Source: Hypanus sabinus
Lineage: Eukaryota
Direction: 5' to 3'
DNA: 64,000 nucleotides
NCBI RefSeq assembly: GCF_030144855.1
Contig: NC_082709.1
Span: forward strand, 170,500,001 to 170,564,000
In this document: positions 49,266 through 62,710 of the stretch, piece after piece
Position numbering within the stretch: position 1 is the first letter of the stretch
Layout of the letters: each line of letters opens with the position of its first letter
Translations under genes and position numbers: made by a program
The notes under the pieces: generated by a model
The model's database searches: none
The model's input: only the letters and a program-made list of their open reading frames with translations
What the model was told of the DNA's origin: nothing

Positions 49266-50594
49266 CTATATTGTACAACATATATAGATCCATCCATATT
49301 TACAATATACACTGTATATTATATGCATATATATTGTTTGATTAAGCATTCTTGTTTGACACATTCACCCCTCATTTTTCAATCTGGCTGACAAGCAGTT
49401 AACGGTTCATTTGAAAGAAGTGGCAAACCCCAGTGGAAAGGGTCAGAGCTCTGCCTTATTTAATTGTTTATTATTATACATTTGATGGACTCACTGGGCC
49501 AACAGGCCTATTTCTGTGCTATAGTGCTCTACAACTCTATTTAAATTGCTTTTGGTTTTATGCTTGTTACTATTTGCACATTTTTTGAATATTAAATTAT
49601 AAACCAGAGGTGAATAAGTGAAGCCATCATAGTGTTAGGGCCTGCTGTAAAATAGCAGATCCTTTGGGCACAGATCAGAAGTTAATCAGGCAAAATTCAT
49701 CCAAGGCCCAAGAGCTATCTGGCTCAATATTCCATCCATTTTTTTGAAAGAGTTAACTATATTCCAACCAAAGGCGAATTCATGAGAGAAGTGTACTTCT
49801 GACCTGTTCAACAGTCTTGCTAAGCTTGAAAATGTTCTTTTCCTCAATTTGCAACGAAGCGTGGGTAAGAAATTCCACCAACACATTCGAGAGTTTTCCA
49901 GTGCCCTTCCGACTTTGCACTGAGGAATGATCAACCATACACCTTGAGTGGAAGCCCTGTGTTTTCCAAAGAAAACCTTTGCAAGTAAAAGCAACAGCAG
50001 CTTTCAGCTACCCGACTAGGAAGCCTGCAGAATAAACAAAGGTAATGTCACCTAAAAACAAATATCATACAGAAGGAATCAAACAAGACTCCATACCAGT
50101 AGAGCTTTAGGTTTGCAGGCTTCTCTGATGACGTATAAAAACTGAATCTTATTATGATTTGATATAAGGCAAGGACTATTTGTACAGCCAAGTTAAAGGG
50201 CAAAGTCTGCAGAAACCCAATCGTGGGTTAATGTTTAATATCCACTCACACACGTCATTACTGACTGTCAACACAACCCCTCCCAATGCTGTAAAATGAG
50301 ATAAATGCAAAGATGTCATTAATTTTAACCAGAAATCCACAAAGGAAAACCAAGGATTTCAAATGTGCTGTTGCCAAGGATACAGATTATGAAATATATT
50401 TCAGTTACCACCAAGAACCTTCACAATTTCCTACCAGTATCACAGTGACTACATTCGAACATGACTGTTGGTCATAAGATAAATCAAAACATCCTGAGAA
50501 GTTGTGAAATCCTCACCTTTGCTCCTTAACACAAGAAAAGTTTTGGGTAAGATGGAAGAAAGTTAATGTAGATCTGAGGGTTGGTTTCGGGAGG

Positions 50595-51587
50595 GACATT
50601 ACGGAAAGAATTTTGGCTCTGAATCCTTCTCAAAAGGGTTTAGTAGCTGTCATTTATAATATGATCATGAATATACAGCCAGATGTATCAGAAAAAATTA
50701 AGAAGGAATGGGAAGAAGAACTTCATTGTCTTATATCCACTGAGCAATGGGAGAAAATGTTACTATTAGTTAATCCGTCCTCTATTTGTGCTAAACACGC
50801 TCTAATACAATTTAAGGTTGTACATAGAGCTCATTATGTCTAAGGATAAACTTGCTCGATTTTATTCTTATGTTAATTCAACATTTTGATGTTGCCTCAT
50901 TAACCCATATGTTTTGGTCGTGCCCTTGTTTACAAAATTACTGGAAAGATATTTTCAGTATTATTTCAAGAGTTTTGAATATTAATATCCAACCCCATCC
51001 TTTTACTGCAATATTTGGTTTACCAATGGTGGATAATAGTTGTCTATCCTCTTCATCCTGATGAATGATAGCATTTGTTACATTAATGGCTAGAAGATCT
51101 ATTCTATTGAATTGGAAAGAAATTAATCCTCCAACTATATTTCAGTGGTTTTCTCAAACCATTTCTTGTTTGAGCTTAGAAAAAATTAGAAGTGTTGTTT
51201 TTGACTCTTCAGTTAAACTTGAAGACACTTGGAGACCATTTATTCAACATTTTCATATGAGTTGAATTGTCTTTTCCTAAACCTTACTTATATTATCCTT
51301 AATTGTTTGGATGGAGGTTCGGAGTTATTGGCACTACTGTATATGTACTTAACATTATTCAATGGCCCATGTTGGTTAGTGTTTTTTTTCTCTTTTTTTT
51401 TCTGGGGTCTTTTTTTTTCTTTTTATCTCTTTGTTCATCAATGTTATGAGTTTGGGAGGTTATATATTTTATTATTATATGAATGTCTATTTAAACTATT
51501 AATTATGTACTCTCAAACACTTTGTATTCATGTTTCCATTTATGTTTGTTTAAAATTAATAAAAAGATTTAAAAAGGAAAGGAAAAG
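50595..51587 (+). mobile_element. L1/Tx1-type 3' fragment, same family as 19842-21209
   Basis: Near-identical MIAFVTLMARRSILLNWKEINPPTIFQWFSQTISCLSLEKIRS; A-rich end. Confidence 0.9.
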
Positions 51588-52289
51588 GATTCGGAAGGGG
51601 TGGGGTGGTAGTTATCTGGAATGAGCTGCCAGAGAAGATGGAAGAAACAGATACAGTTAGAACATTTAATAAGCTCTTAGGAGAGGCGTAGATGGATCAG
51701 GCCTTAATGTGAAGAAGTGGGATTAGCGTGGATTGGGAACAGACAGGTCTTTGGGAGAGGTATCGAGGGATATGGCCCTAATGTGAGAAAGTGGAATTAG
51801 TGTGAGGACAATCAGCATGGATAAAGTGGAACAAAAAGGTCCATCTCTGTGCTGTAGGTTTCTGTGCACATATTGGAAAATATTTTAGTCCAGCTGTGAC
51901 GTGCTCATTTGTTGGCCCTGGTGTGGTCAGTCATCTACATTGCAGCAATATTGATAATGAGCTGCTTCCCCATTTACTGAAACGGTGAATTTCAGGTCCG
52001 AGAAGCTCAATGCTATTTTGTACAAGTCTATGGCTCATTTTTCTCACTTGAAAAATGGGGATTGAGTGAGGGAAAGGCCCATTGCTGCCTCATTGACACA
52101 GAACACCGTTCCATTCCATTACCACACAGGACAAAAGCTATACCCAACTCCATTAACACTCAGCCCAAGCACTGGTTTCATCCCCGATTAGAACTCAGTT
52201 CAAGCTCTAAAGCCATCCCATTAGCACGTCGGTCACATGTTACGCTCATGATATTGGCAAACAGGGCAAGCACTCTGGCCACAAACCCA

Positions 52290-53010
52290 CAAAACCATAA
52301 AATACAGGAGCAGAATTGGGCCATTTTGCCCATAGAGTCTGCTCTGCCATTTCATCATGGCTGATCCATTTTCACTCTTAACCCCAATCTTCTGTGTTCT
52401 CCCTGTATCCCAGACCAGTCAAGAACCTCTCAACCGCTACTTTAAATATCCCCAATCACAGGCCTCCACAGCAGCCAGTGACAACAAATCTCACAGATTC
52501 ACCATCCTCTGGCTAAATAAATTCCGCCTCATCTTCATTCTAAACCAACCCTTCGCTATTCTGAGGCTACGTCCTTGGGTCTTAGACACCCCCACCACAG
52601 GAAACATCCTCTCCATATCCACTCTATCGAGGCCTTTCAATATTCGATAGGTTTCAATGAGGTCACACCTCATTCTTCTGAATTCTAGTGAGTAGAGGGC
52701 CAGAACCATCAAATGCTCCTCATATGGCCAGCCTTACAATGCTGGAATCATTTTTGTAAGCCTCCTTTAAACACTCTCCAAGATCAGCACATCCTTTCGT
52801 AGATAAGGGGCCCAAAACTGCTCACAATATTCCATAAGGCCTCACCAATGCTTTATAAAGCCACAACATTACCCATCCTTGCTTTTATATTCTAGTCCTC
52901 TTGAAATGAATGCTAACATTGCATTTGTTTTCCTCACCACAGATTCAACCTGCAAATTAACCTTTAGGGAATCCTGCACAAGTCCCTTTGCACCTCAGAT
53001 TTTTTTAACT
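52290..53010 (-). mobile_element. CR1 3' fragment
   Basis: YSLEFRRMRCDLIETYRILKGLDRVD. Confidence 0.88.
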
Positions 53011-53271
53011 TCCTCTCCATTTAGTAACCCCATTCTTTCTCTTGAACTCTCCCTGTAATACAAAATTTTGCATTCTGTTATTACTTTCCCTGCATACAGC
53101 TCAATGTACTTATGATTTGAGATTATCTGTATGGATGGTTTGCAAAACTTTCACTGTATCTAAGTAGATGGGACAGTGACAAACCAATTCCAATTCTAAC
53201 TTCACCCAAGTCGGCCCCTGCAGATTCCCCATTAGAGCACAAGGACCTGTGGATAGAATTTTCAGGCATTT

Positions 53272-55460
53272 ATAGACAATAGACAGTAAGTGCAGGAGTA
53301 GGCCATTCGGCCCTTCTAGCCAACACCACCATTCACTGTGATCATGGCTGATCATACACAATCAGTACCCCATTCCTGCCCTCTCCCCATATCCCTTGAC
53401 CCCACTATCTATAAGATCTCTATCTAACTCTCTCTTGAATGCATCCAGAGACTTGGCCTCCACTGCCTTCTGGGACAGAGCATTCCTCATATCCACCACT
53501 CTCTGGGTGAAAAAGTTTTTCCGCATCTCTTTTCTAAATGGCCTACCCCTTATTCTTAAACTGTGGCCTCTAGTTCTGGACTCACCCATCAGCGGGAACA
53601 TGCTTCCTGCCTCCAGTGTGTCCAATCCCTTAATAATCTTATATGTTTCAATCAGATCCCCTCTCATCCTTCTAAATTCCAGTGTATACAAGCCCAGTCG
53701 CTCCAATCTTTCAACATATGACAATCCCGCCATTCCGGGAATTAACCTTGTGAACCTACGCTGCACTCCCTCAATAGCAAGAATGTCCTTCCTCAAATTT
53801 GGAGACCAAAACTGCACACAATACTCCAGGTGGGGTCTCACCAGGGCCCTGTACAGCTGCAGAAGGACCTCTTTACTCCTATACTCAATTCCTCTCATTA
53901 TAAAGGCCAGCATGCCATTAGCTTTCTTCACTGCCTGCTGTACCTGCATGCTAGCTTTCATTGACTGATGTACAAGACCACCTAGATTTTGTTGCACTTC
54001 CCCTTTTCCTAACGACTCCATTTAGATAGTAATCTGCCTTCCTGTTCTTGCCACCAAAGTGGATAACTTCACATTTATCCACATTAAACTGCATCTGCCA
54101 TACATTTGCCCACTCACCCAACCTGTCCAAGTCACCCTACATTCTCATAACATCCTCCTGACATTTCACACTGCCACCCAGATTTGTGTCATCAGCAAAT
54201 TTGCTAATGTTACTTTTAATCCCTTCATCTAAATCATTAATGTATATTGTAAACACTTGCGGTACCCCACTGGTCACAGCCTGCCATTCCGAAAGGGACC
54301 CGTTAATCACTACTCTTTGTTTCCTGTCAGCCAGCCAATTTTCAATCCATGTCAGTACTCTGCCCCCAATACCATCTGCCCTAATTTTGCCCACTAATCT
54401 CCTATGTGGGACTTCATCAAAAGCTTTCTGGAAGTCCAGGTACACTACATCCACTGGCTCTCCTTTGTCCATTTTCATAGTTACATCCTCAAAAAACTCT
54501 TGAAGATTAGTCAAGCATGATTTTCCCTTCATAAATCCATGCTGACTCGGACTGATCCTTCTACTGCTATCCAAACGTGTCATAATTTCCTCTTTTATAA
54601 TTGACTCCAGCATCTTTCCTACCACTGACATCAGGCTAACCAGTCTATAATTCCCTGCTTTCTCTCTCCCTCCTTTCTTGAAAAGTGGGACAATATTAGC
54701 CACCCTCCAATTAGCAGGAACTGTTCCTGAATCTATAGAACATTGGAAAATGATTACCAATGTGTCCCCAATCTCTAGAGCCACCTCTTTAAGTACCCTG
54801 GGATGCAGACTATCAGGTCCCGGGGACTTATCAGCCTTCAGACTCAACAGTCTATCCAACACCGTTTCTTGACTAATATAAATTTCCTTCAGTTCATCCT
54901 TTACCCTAGTTCCTTTGGCCACTATTACATCTGGGAGATTGTTTGTGTCTTCCCTAGTGAAGACAGATCCAAAGTACCTGTTCAACTCATCTGCCATTTC
55001 CTTGTTCCCCATAATAAATTCACCCATTTCTGTCTTCAATGGCCCAATTTTGGTCTTAACTATTTTTTTGCTATTCACATACCTAAAGAAGCTTTTACTA
55101 TCCTCCTTTATATTCTTGGCTAATTTACCTTCACACCTTATTTTTTCTTGGCGTATTGCCTTTTTTGTTATCTTCTGTTGCTCTTTAAAAGCTTCCCAGT
55201 CCTCCGGTTTCCCACTCATCTTTGCTATGTTATACTTCACTTTTATTTTTATACTGCCCTTTACTTCCCTCGTCAGCCATGGCTTCCCCTTACTCCCCTT
55301 AGGATCTTTCTTCCTCTTTGAAATGAACCGATCCTGCACCTACTGCATTATTCCCAGAAATACCTGCCATTATTGTTCCACTGTCTTCCCTGCTAGAGTA
55401 TTGTTCCATTGAACTTTGGCCAGCTCCTCCCTCATAGCTCCATAGTTCATTTTGTTCAAC
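53272..55460 (-). mobile_element. Relatively young 5'-truncated CR1 ORF2 (RT)
   Basis: ORFs of 400 aa and 219 aa with SPGPD, QHGF, DFQKAFD, KFADDT, VRPHLEYC. Confidence 0.95.
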
Positions 55461-56669
55461 TGTAATTTCTGTAAATGGCAAGGTAATTGTCCAACTCTAG
55501 AATCTGACACTGAATCTCTGGAATTCTCTGCCTCAGAGGAAGGTGGAGACGAGTTCAGATTATTTAAGCAGGAGAAAGATGAATATTAGAAAGCTCGAGG
55601 AACTTAAGAGTAAAAGAGAACCAGTGAAGAAGAGGAGTTGAAGCCATCATATATTAGCCATGATAATAATTAATGGCAGGCAGTCTAGAGAGGTAGACTC
55701 CTGCAACTATTGTTTTGTTTTCTTTCTGCAAATGATAGCAATCAGATTAAATATTCAGCTGGGGTTAGACTCTGGCTACAGGATTCCAGCTGGAGACCAA
55801 TGGGAGGAGTGTGCACCTTGCCCATTATAATCCCTCTGGAAGTGAAACTGGAATTAGTTTATTATTGCACATGCACTGAGCTTGTTTTGTATGCCATTCA
55901 TACAGATCAATTCATTACACAGTGCACTGCGCTAGACCAATAACAATGTAGATTAAATTATAACCTACAAGAAAGTGCAGTGTGGCTAAACAGTTAAGTC
56001 CAAGATCAGACCTCATATCCAGTGGTCCAAAGGAAGTTAATTGAAGGCAGTTCAAACTAACCTGCAAGCATTCAATTCTTTTCTTTCTTTGCCAAGCTGA
56101 TGATGTTATAAGTACCACACTCTGAGCATTTGCCCCCCACCCCCCATCCCATTCCGTCAGTAGAAGGAAAGATTTGATTTTTAGAGCACTTTTCTTGATC
56201 TTCATGGACAGTTAAACCCGTTGGGGCTCTTGAAGTGCTGACACTGTTGTCATGTAAGGGGAAAGGTATCCAATTTCCACACAAATAGCTCCTTCAAATT
56301 ATAATCAGGAAAAGATTATCCAATGAGCAATCAAAGTTACCCGGGCCAAAGAGGATAGTGCCCCTGTCATTTTGCTACTCTTACAGAATGTACCCCCAGC
56401 TGGAACAGAAGCTTTCTGAGCAATGTACTAGAAAAAGGCTGCTTTGAATTACACTGTAGAAAATGGTTCCAGAAGGAAGGGCTGAAGCTGTGTTACTGAG
56501 TTGTGGAAATTCTTTGACGAAATAAGAGAACGGAGACTAGAAAATAGTGGCGATGAAGAAGGCAAACTGAAATCCCACCAACGAGATGAATAGACCTCTT
56601 GAAAATGAGTGTGAAGGGGCAACATACACAAAATGCTGGAGGAACTCAGCAGGCCAGGTAGCATCAGCA

Positions 56670-59600
56670 TAATTTTTTAGCAACTTTTTCTGTTAAAAAG
56701 AATCATGGTCTGTGTTGTTGGCCTTTGGATATAGCTTTAATTCTAGGTTAGGGGTATGGAAGTACTACCCCTGGTGTGTTTTAATTTTTGGGAGGGTTTT
56801 TTGTGTTTCTCAAGGGGTTGTTAAAGCACATCTATTTGTTCAAGTTACAGTTTGTGTTATGCCGCGACCATACAGCACATTTTTTTTTGTTAAGCAGCAA
56901 TTATGACATCTAATTCGCAAACACACAACATTGGTGAGGCTAAACTTGTCACCTGGAATGTACGGGGGATGAATATTCCACTGAAGAGAGGGAAGGTGTA
57001 TGCACATCTTCGTACACTCAAAGCTGATAGTTGTTTTCTCCAAGAAACGCACATTAAGAAAACAGCGGCAAAAGTGCTTTGTCCTTCCTGGGCATCTCAG
57101 TTCTACCAGTCGAATTTTAGTACTAAAACTAGAGGTGTTGCAATCCTAATTTTAAAAAACCACACCGTTTGTTCACACACAATCTATCGCTGACCAGGGG
57201 GCAGATATGTAATAGTAAGTAGAATATTAAATTCTTTTCCATAGACACTAGTAAATGTCTATGGGCCCAACTTAGATGATCCAATTTTTTTTTCCAGAAC
57301 CTCTTTAAGGCCATGCCTAATTCAGATTCAGATTCAGTTTATTGTCATTTAGAAACCACAAATGCAATGCATTTAAAAAATGAGACAATGTTCCTCCAGA
57401 ATGATATCACAAAAGCACATGACAAAACAGACTACACTAGAAAATCCACATAACGTTTGGCAATCCCCAATCCAGAGTCCAGAGAGGCTGCTGCATATTA
57501 ATATTGCGCTACCATCTTAGCGCGTTGCTGGGAAATGAACTCCAAATCCACCAGACAAACAAGACCAAAAACTAAAGCTACAAGACCTGTACAACACCAC
57601 ATAGTTACAACATAGAGTTACAACAGTGCAGACAATAGCATAATTGATTAAAACATCAGACCATGGGTACAGTAAAAATAGTCCAAAGATGTTAAAAGAC
57701 TATAAGTTCGAAAGAAACCACCACACAGTTTCCACAAGTCCCCAGGGTCCTGACAGACTTGCCATCCCACGCCGGTGGCAGAAGGGAATTATTAGCCCAT
57801 CAGTTAAGATAGATGCAGGCCTCCAGGGCCATACTTCGTAAAAAAGGCGAAAGATGGCTTTTTATTGACAGACCCGGAAAAAATTAATGTGTTTTGTGGA
57901 GTTCTATGCTAATGTTTACCAATCACAAGGAGGTCCGGACGATGAAGCTATGGAAGCATTTTTTGATCATCTGAATCTGCCCACGCTGTCAACAGATTCA
58001 GTGAATGCACTTGATGCTGATATAAGCCTAGATGAGATCAAGAAGGTCATCTCTTCCCTCCCCAATAATAAGGCAGCGGGTCTGGATGGTTTTAGCATGG
58101 AATTCTTCAAAGTATTTGGTCCAAAGTTGTCACCTCTGCTCTTATGAATGTTGAATCACTCCAGGACAGCTTCCAGATTGCCACCTACATTATGTAAAGC
58201 CAATGTTTCGCTGATTCCAAAACTGGGCCGTGATCCCGAGGTGGTTTCATCATATCGCCCCATTTCACTGCTGCCCGTTGAAACCAAAATTCTTGGGAAA
58301 GTCCTGGCCGATAGGCTAAAAGAATGCCTTTGTTCTATTATTCATCCAGATCAAACTGGCTTTATGCCAGGTAGACATATGCATTTTAATTTGCGTCGAC
58401 TTTTCAATATTTTATATACAAAACATGCAGAAGAGGTTGTAGTCATTTCATTAGATGCTCAACGTGCGTTTGACCAAGTGGAATGGCCATATATGATGTT
58501 TGCACTTTAGAAATTTGGATTTGGACCATCTTTCATTAAATGGATTGAGATAATTTATTCACACCCATCTGCTTCTATTATCACTAATCAGAATATTTCC
58601 TCCCCTTTTGCAATTCATCGCGGGACTCGTCAAGGCTGCCCCCTTTCTCCGTTTTTGTTTGCAGTTATCATTGAGCCACTGTCTGTTAGCATCAGACAGG
58701 ACCCTTTGATATCTCCCATTGATATGCATGGACATAAACATCACCTTTCATTATAGGCTGACGATGTCCTTTTATGTATCTCCAGCCCACAAACATCAAT
58801 ACCCGCCCTTCTGACTCTAATTAATAATTTTGGTAGTTTCTCAGGTTTCTCTATTAATTGGGATAAGAGTGAACTAGTGCCAGTCACTGCAGTGGTTAAT
58901 GCAGAGTATTTACGGTCTATTCCCTTTAAAATAACATGATAATTTTTCCTATCTTGGTATGTCTATTACAAAAAAACCCAGAAGACCTTTTGCAAGTGAA
59001 TTGGCGAAACAAAGTTCAGCAGGTTAAATGCAATATTGGCTTTTGGAAAACCCTTCCAATTTCTTTGGTGGGGAGGGTTAACGCAATCAAGATGATTGTA
59101 CTGCCATGATTTCTTCATCTTTTCTAGTCAATTCCATGTTTTATTCCTCTGTCATATTTTAAGCAATTGGGTTCAATTATTATACCTTTCATTTGGAATT
59201 ATAAAGCCATTAGAATTACTAAAAAACACTAGTCAAAGCCCAAGGAAGCAGGAGGTTTTGCCCTACCGGACGTTAAAATGTATTACTGGGCTGCCCACCT
59301 ATCCATTCTTGCATGGTGGATAAAAGGCCCACCCTCTACCTCAGACTCATGCCCTGCATGGTTACTCATAGAGCGAGTGCTTTGTAAGAAGACTTCCCTA
59401 CCAGCTTTCCTTAATAGCCCCACTGCAGTTAATAAGTTACATTTTAACAACAGCTTTGTGGTTGGCAGCACTATAAGAGTTTGGAAGCAGATTCAACTAC
59501 ACATTAAGGCCCCAAAAACTTATATTGACACTCCGATTTGTGACAATCATTCCTTTTTGCCTGGACTGAATGATACTGTTTTCTCGTCCTGGAAACAGAG

Positions 59601-60602
59601 TGGCATCTGTAGTGTAGGTGACCTATATATTAATGGAAACATTGCCTCATCTGCGCAGTTACAAGCAGTTTACAATATCCTTGCAACTAGTTTTTTTAGA
59701 TATTTACAAATTCTAGATTATGTTAGGAAATATATACCTAATTTCGAAGTTTTAGACAAACATGAGTCCCTGGAGGCAATAAATAAATTTGGTCCCGTTA
59801 CTCGTAGTGCCGAATCCTATTTTTATCAGATTCTACATAATGGAGCTCGGGTGAATACTGTAGGTCTTAAATAGGCATGGGTGGATGAATTGGGTATAGA
59901 ACTGACAGAGGAGGTCTGGGATGAGTGTTTAAAGAGTACACATGATTGCTCGGTCAACGTCAAACACAGACTTATACAGTTTAAAACAACACATAGACTC
60001 CATTATTCAGAAAAGTTGCACAGCTTCTATCCTGATGTTTCACCAGTTTGTAATAGATGTAAATCTGAGAACAGTAACTTGTCACATTCATTCTGGTCAT
60101 GTTGTAAGCTTTATGCATACTGGAAAAGTATTTCTCACTGTTTCTCTGAGGCTTTTGGGAAGCGGTGGGAACCGGACCCGCTCATAGCCAGCCTTGGAGC
60201 AACAAGCTCCCTATCTTCAGCCGACAAGTATGAAAAAATGGCCGTATTGTTTGGAATGGTGATTGCTAAGAAGATAATCCCGCAAATGTGGAAAATGGAC
60301 TCAGTGCCTACATATGACCTGTGGCTGAGAGAACTGGCAAATACTTTACATTTGGAGAGATTTGAAGAGGACAGAGGGGACATCTTTGAAAGGATATGGG
60401 GCTCTGTATTGGACTTTCTTACGGGGTGAGGTCTGAGGTTTTTTGGTGCAGTACACCTCTGCTGTGTATGTTTACTTCTGCCTTTATATTTTTCTCCCTT
60501 TTGCTGCTCAATATTTAATTTGCTTTTGTTAAGGTCATGGTTTTTGTGGAGGTGCTGTATTTTGTTTTGTTTTGTAGAAAAGAAAATAAATATTTAAAAA
60601 AA
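56670..60602 (+). mobile_element. L1/Tx1-type LINE with most of ORF2, decayed
   Basis: APE (WNVRG...LQETH...GPN), RT (SYRPISLL, DQTGF, DAQRAFD, GTRQGCPLSP, *ADD), C-terminal CNRC...HSFWSC, A-rich end. Confidence 0.92.
57320..57790 (-). mobile_element. Unclassified retroposon inserted in the L1
   Basis: (CTGAAT)n tail on minus at about 57321-57337; non-L1 sequence. Confidence 0.55.
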
Positions 60603-60609
60603 TTTTTAA

Positions 60610-61095
60610 AACCATGCAAACAATGAAGAGGAGAGCGAAGGCAAGGTTGACTCAAGGTGGGTGTGAGCGAGGTCAAGTTGGAGTTGGAATTGGAGATGGA
60701 GCAAGAGAGAGCAAAGTGGAGAAAAGTCAACGCGGAGGAGTTTAAACACCGGGCCGGGTGGATTGAAAAGGCACAGTGTCAGGATTGGAGGCAAGGGTCG
60801 GTCCAGCTCTGTTTACTACTCCGCTTTCTACTGCACTGAAGCCAAGGCTGTGGGCCTGCTCCTGCTGCTCTGGACTTTGCCTCTATGGACTCACTTTCCT
60901 TCTGAATGCTCTTTGCTTGCTTTAATTGTTTGCATGATTTTTTTCCTCTCTCTCTCAGCTCATTGGGTGTTTGTTGGTTTTTTTAGTGGGCTCTTTTGAG
61001 TTTCTTGTTTTGTGGCTGCCAGTAAGGAGATGAATCTCAAGGCTGTGTAATGTGTACATGCTTTGATAATAAGTGCACTTTTGAACTTCAACCTT
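60610..61095 (+). repeat. Unclassified interspersed repeat
   Basis: 3' part resembles 16780-16960 and ends ttgataataagtgcacttttgaact. Confidence 0.45.
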
Positions 61096-61324
61096 TGAAG
61101 TATTTTCGACAGTGGGTAAGCCTGCATTTCTCCTAGCTTTTTGAGTGGAGAAATTACTCCTCAATGATGTTGTTTCATACATAGGTGGCCAAACAGCTCT
61201 CTGCTCCACAGTTTCTGGTTTCTCACCAGACTAGACCTATTCTCACAAAGAAGACTACAGAAACCATAGTGAAGTGATTTGTCAAACATTCCATTTTGCT
61301 GATATTGCTGATGAGGAGTTCTTG

Positions 61325-61917
61325 CTTGTAATATAACCATATAACAAACCATATAACAATCACAGCACGGAAACAGGCCATCTCGGCCCTCCTAGTCCGT
61401 GCCGAACTCTTAATCTCACCTACTCCCACCTACCCACACTCAGCCCATAACCCTCCACTCCTTTCCTGTCCATATACCTATCCAATTTTACCTTAAATGA
61501 CACAACTGAACTGGCCTCTACTACTTCTACAGGAAGCTCATTCCACACAGCTATCACTCTCTGAGTAAAGAAATACCCCTCGTGTTTCCCTTAAACTTCT
61601 GCCCCCTAACTCTCAAATCATGTCCTCTCGTTTGAATCTCCCCTACTCTCAATGGAAACAGCCTATTCATGTCAACTCTATCTATCCCTCTCAAAATTTT
61701 AAATACCTCGATCAAATCCCCCCTCAACCTTCTACGCTCCAATGAATAGAGACCTAACTTGTTCAACCTTTCTCTGTAACTTAAGTGCTGAAACCCAGGT
61801 AACATCCTAGTAAATCGTCTCTGCACTCTCTCTAATTTATTGAAATCTTTTCTATAATTCAGTGACCAGAACTATACACAATATTCCAAATTTGGCCTTA
61901 CCAATGCCTTGTACAAT
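61325..61917 (-). mobile_element. Young CR1 3' fragment, same subfamily as 44030-46840
   Basis: QRRFTRMLPGFQHLSYRERLNKLGLYSLERRRL; (ATATGGTT)n tail. Confidence 0.92.
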
Positions 61918-62394
61918 TTGGAATATTGTGTACAGTTCTGGTCACCGAATATTGGGGAAAACCTTCTGTGTTGTTTCAAGAAATTCCCCAAGAATCCAGA
62001 ACTTCTGACTCTGTGTCTCTAGTGAAGGACAACCAAGTGATATATGCTCCCTTGGAAATGAGAACCAATCTGATATTTTATGCCATAAAAACTGTCTTGT
62101 TTTGTGGAGCTCATGATCAAATTCATAATAAATCCACCGCAGTAGAACTTTGTCACATACTTGTTGAAAAAAACAAATCATTTTTCAAGAAACTGCATTC
62201 ATCACACCAGGCATTGGGAAAATATTTCAACTTGCTAGGCAGGTCAGAAATCAGACCTATAAATATGACAGTCAATAATAAGTTAACCAGGAAATTTGAA
62301 GGAAACTGCTTTACAACCTGCTGCACAACTGTATTGCCCTGATCCAGGCAGCTTGGTAAATATACAGGAGATGTTTGTGGCAGATCACTATAAG

Positions 62395-62710
62395 ATAGAT
62401 GAGCAGAATTTGGCCATTCGACCCATTGAGTCTGCTCCCCCTTTCAATCATGGCTGATTTATTTTCCCTCTGAACCCATTCTCCTGCCTTCTCCCCAGAA
62501 CCTTTGTCATCTTTACTAATCAAGAACCTATCAACCTCCACTCTAAATATACCAAATGACTCTTTTCCATGGGAATGAATTCCACAGATTTGGGCTAAAG
62601 AAAATCCTCCTCATCTTTGTTCTAACGGGATGTCCTTCTATACTGATGTTGTGTCCTCTACACCTAGACTTTTATCCTCTCCATGTCCACCCCATCTAGG
62701 ACTTTCAATT
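62395..62710 (-). mobile_element. CR1 3' fragment
   Basis: MEVDRFLISKDDKGSGEKAGEW and tail. Confidence 0.8.

Noticed and set aside
49815-49865. Plus-strand mini-exon candidate ending G|GTAAG (LAKLENVLFLNLQRSV)
   Set aside because: No partner exons or recognisable protein on plus.
54137-55339. 400-aa ORF as a host gene
   Set aside because: It is CR1 ORF2 RT sequence within a 5'-truncated copy.
61926-62342. 138-aa plus-strand ORF
   Set aside because: It starts inside the inverted CR1 piece, has no domain pattern or clear splice structure, and is a length expected by chance.
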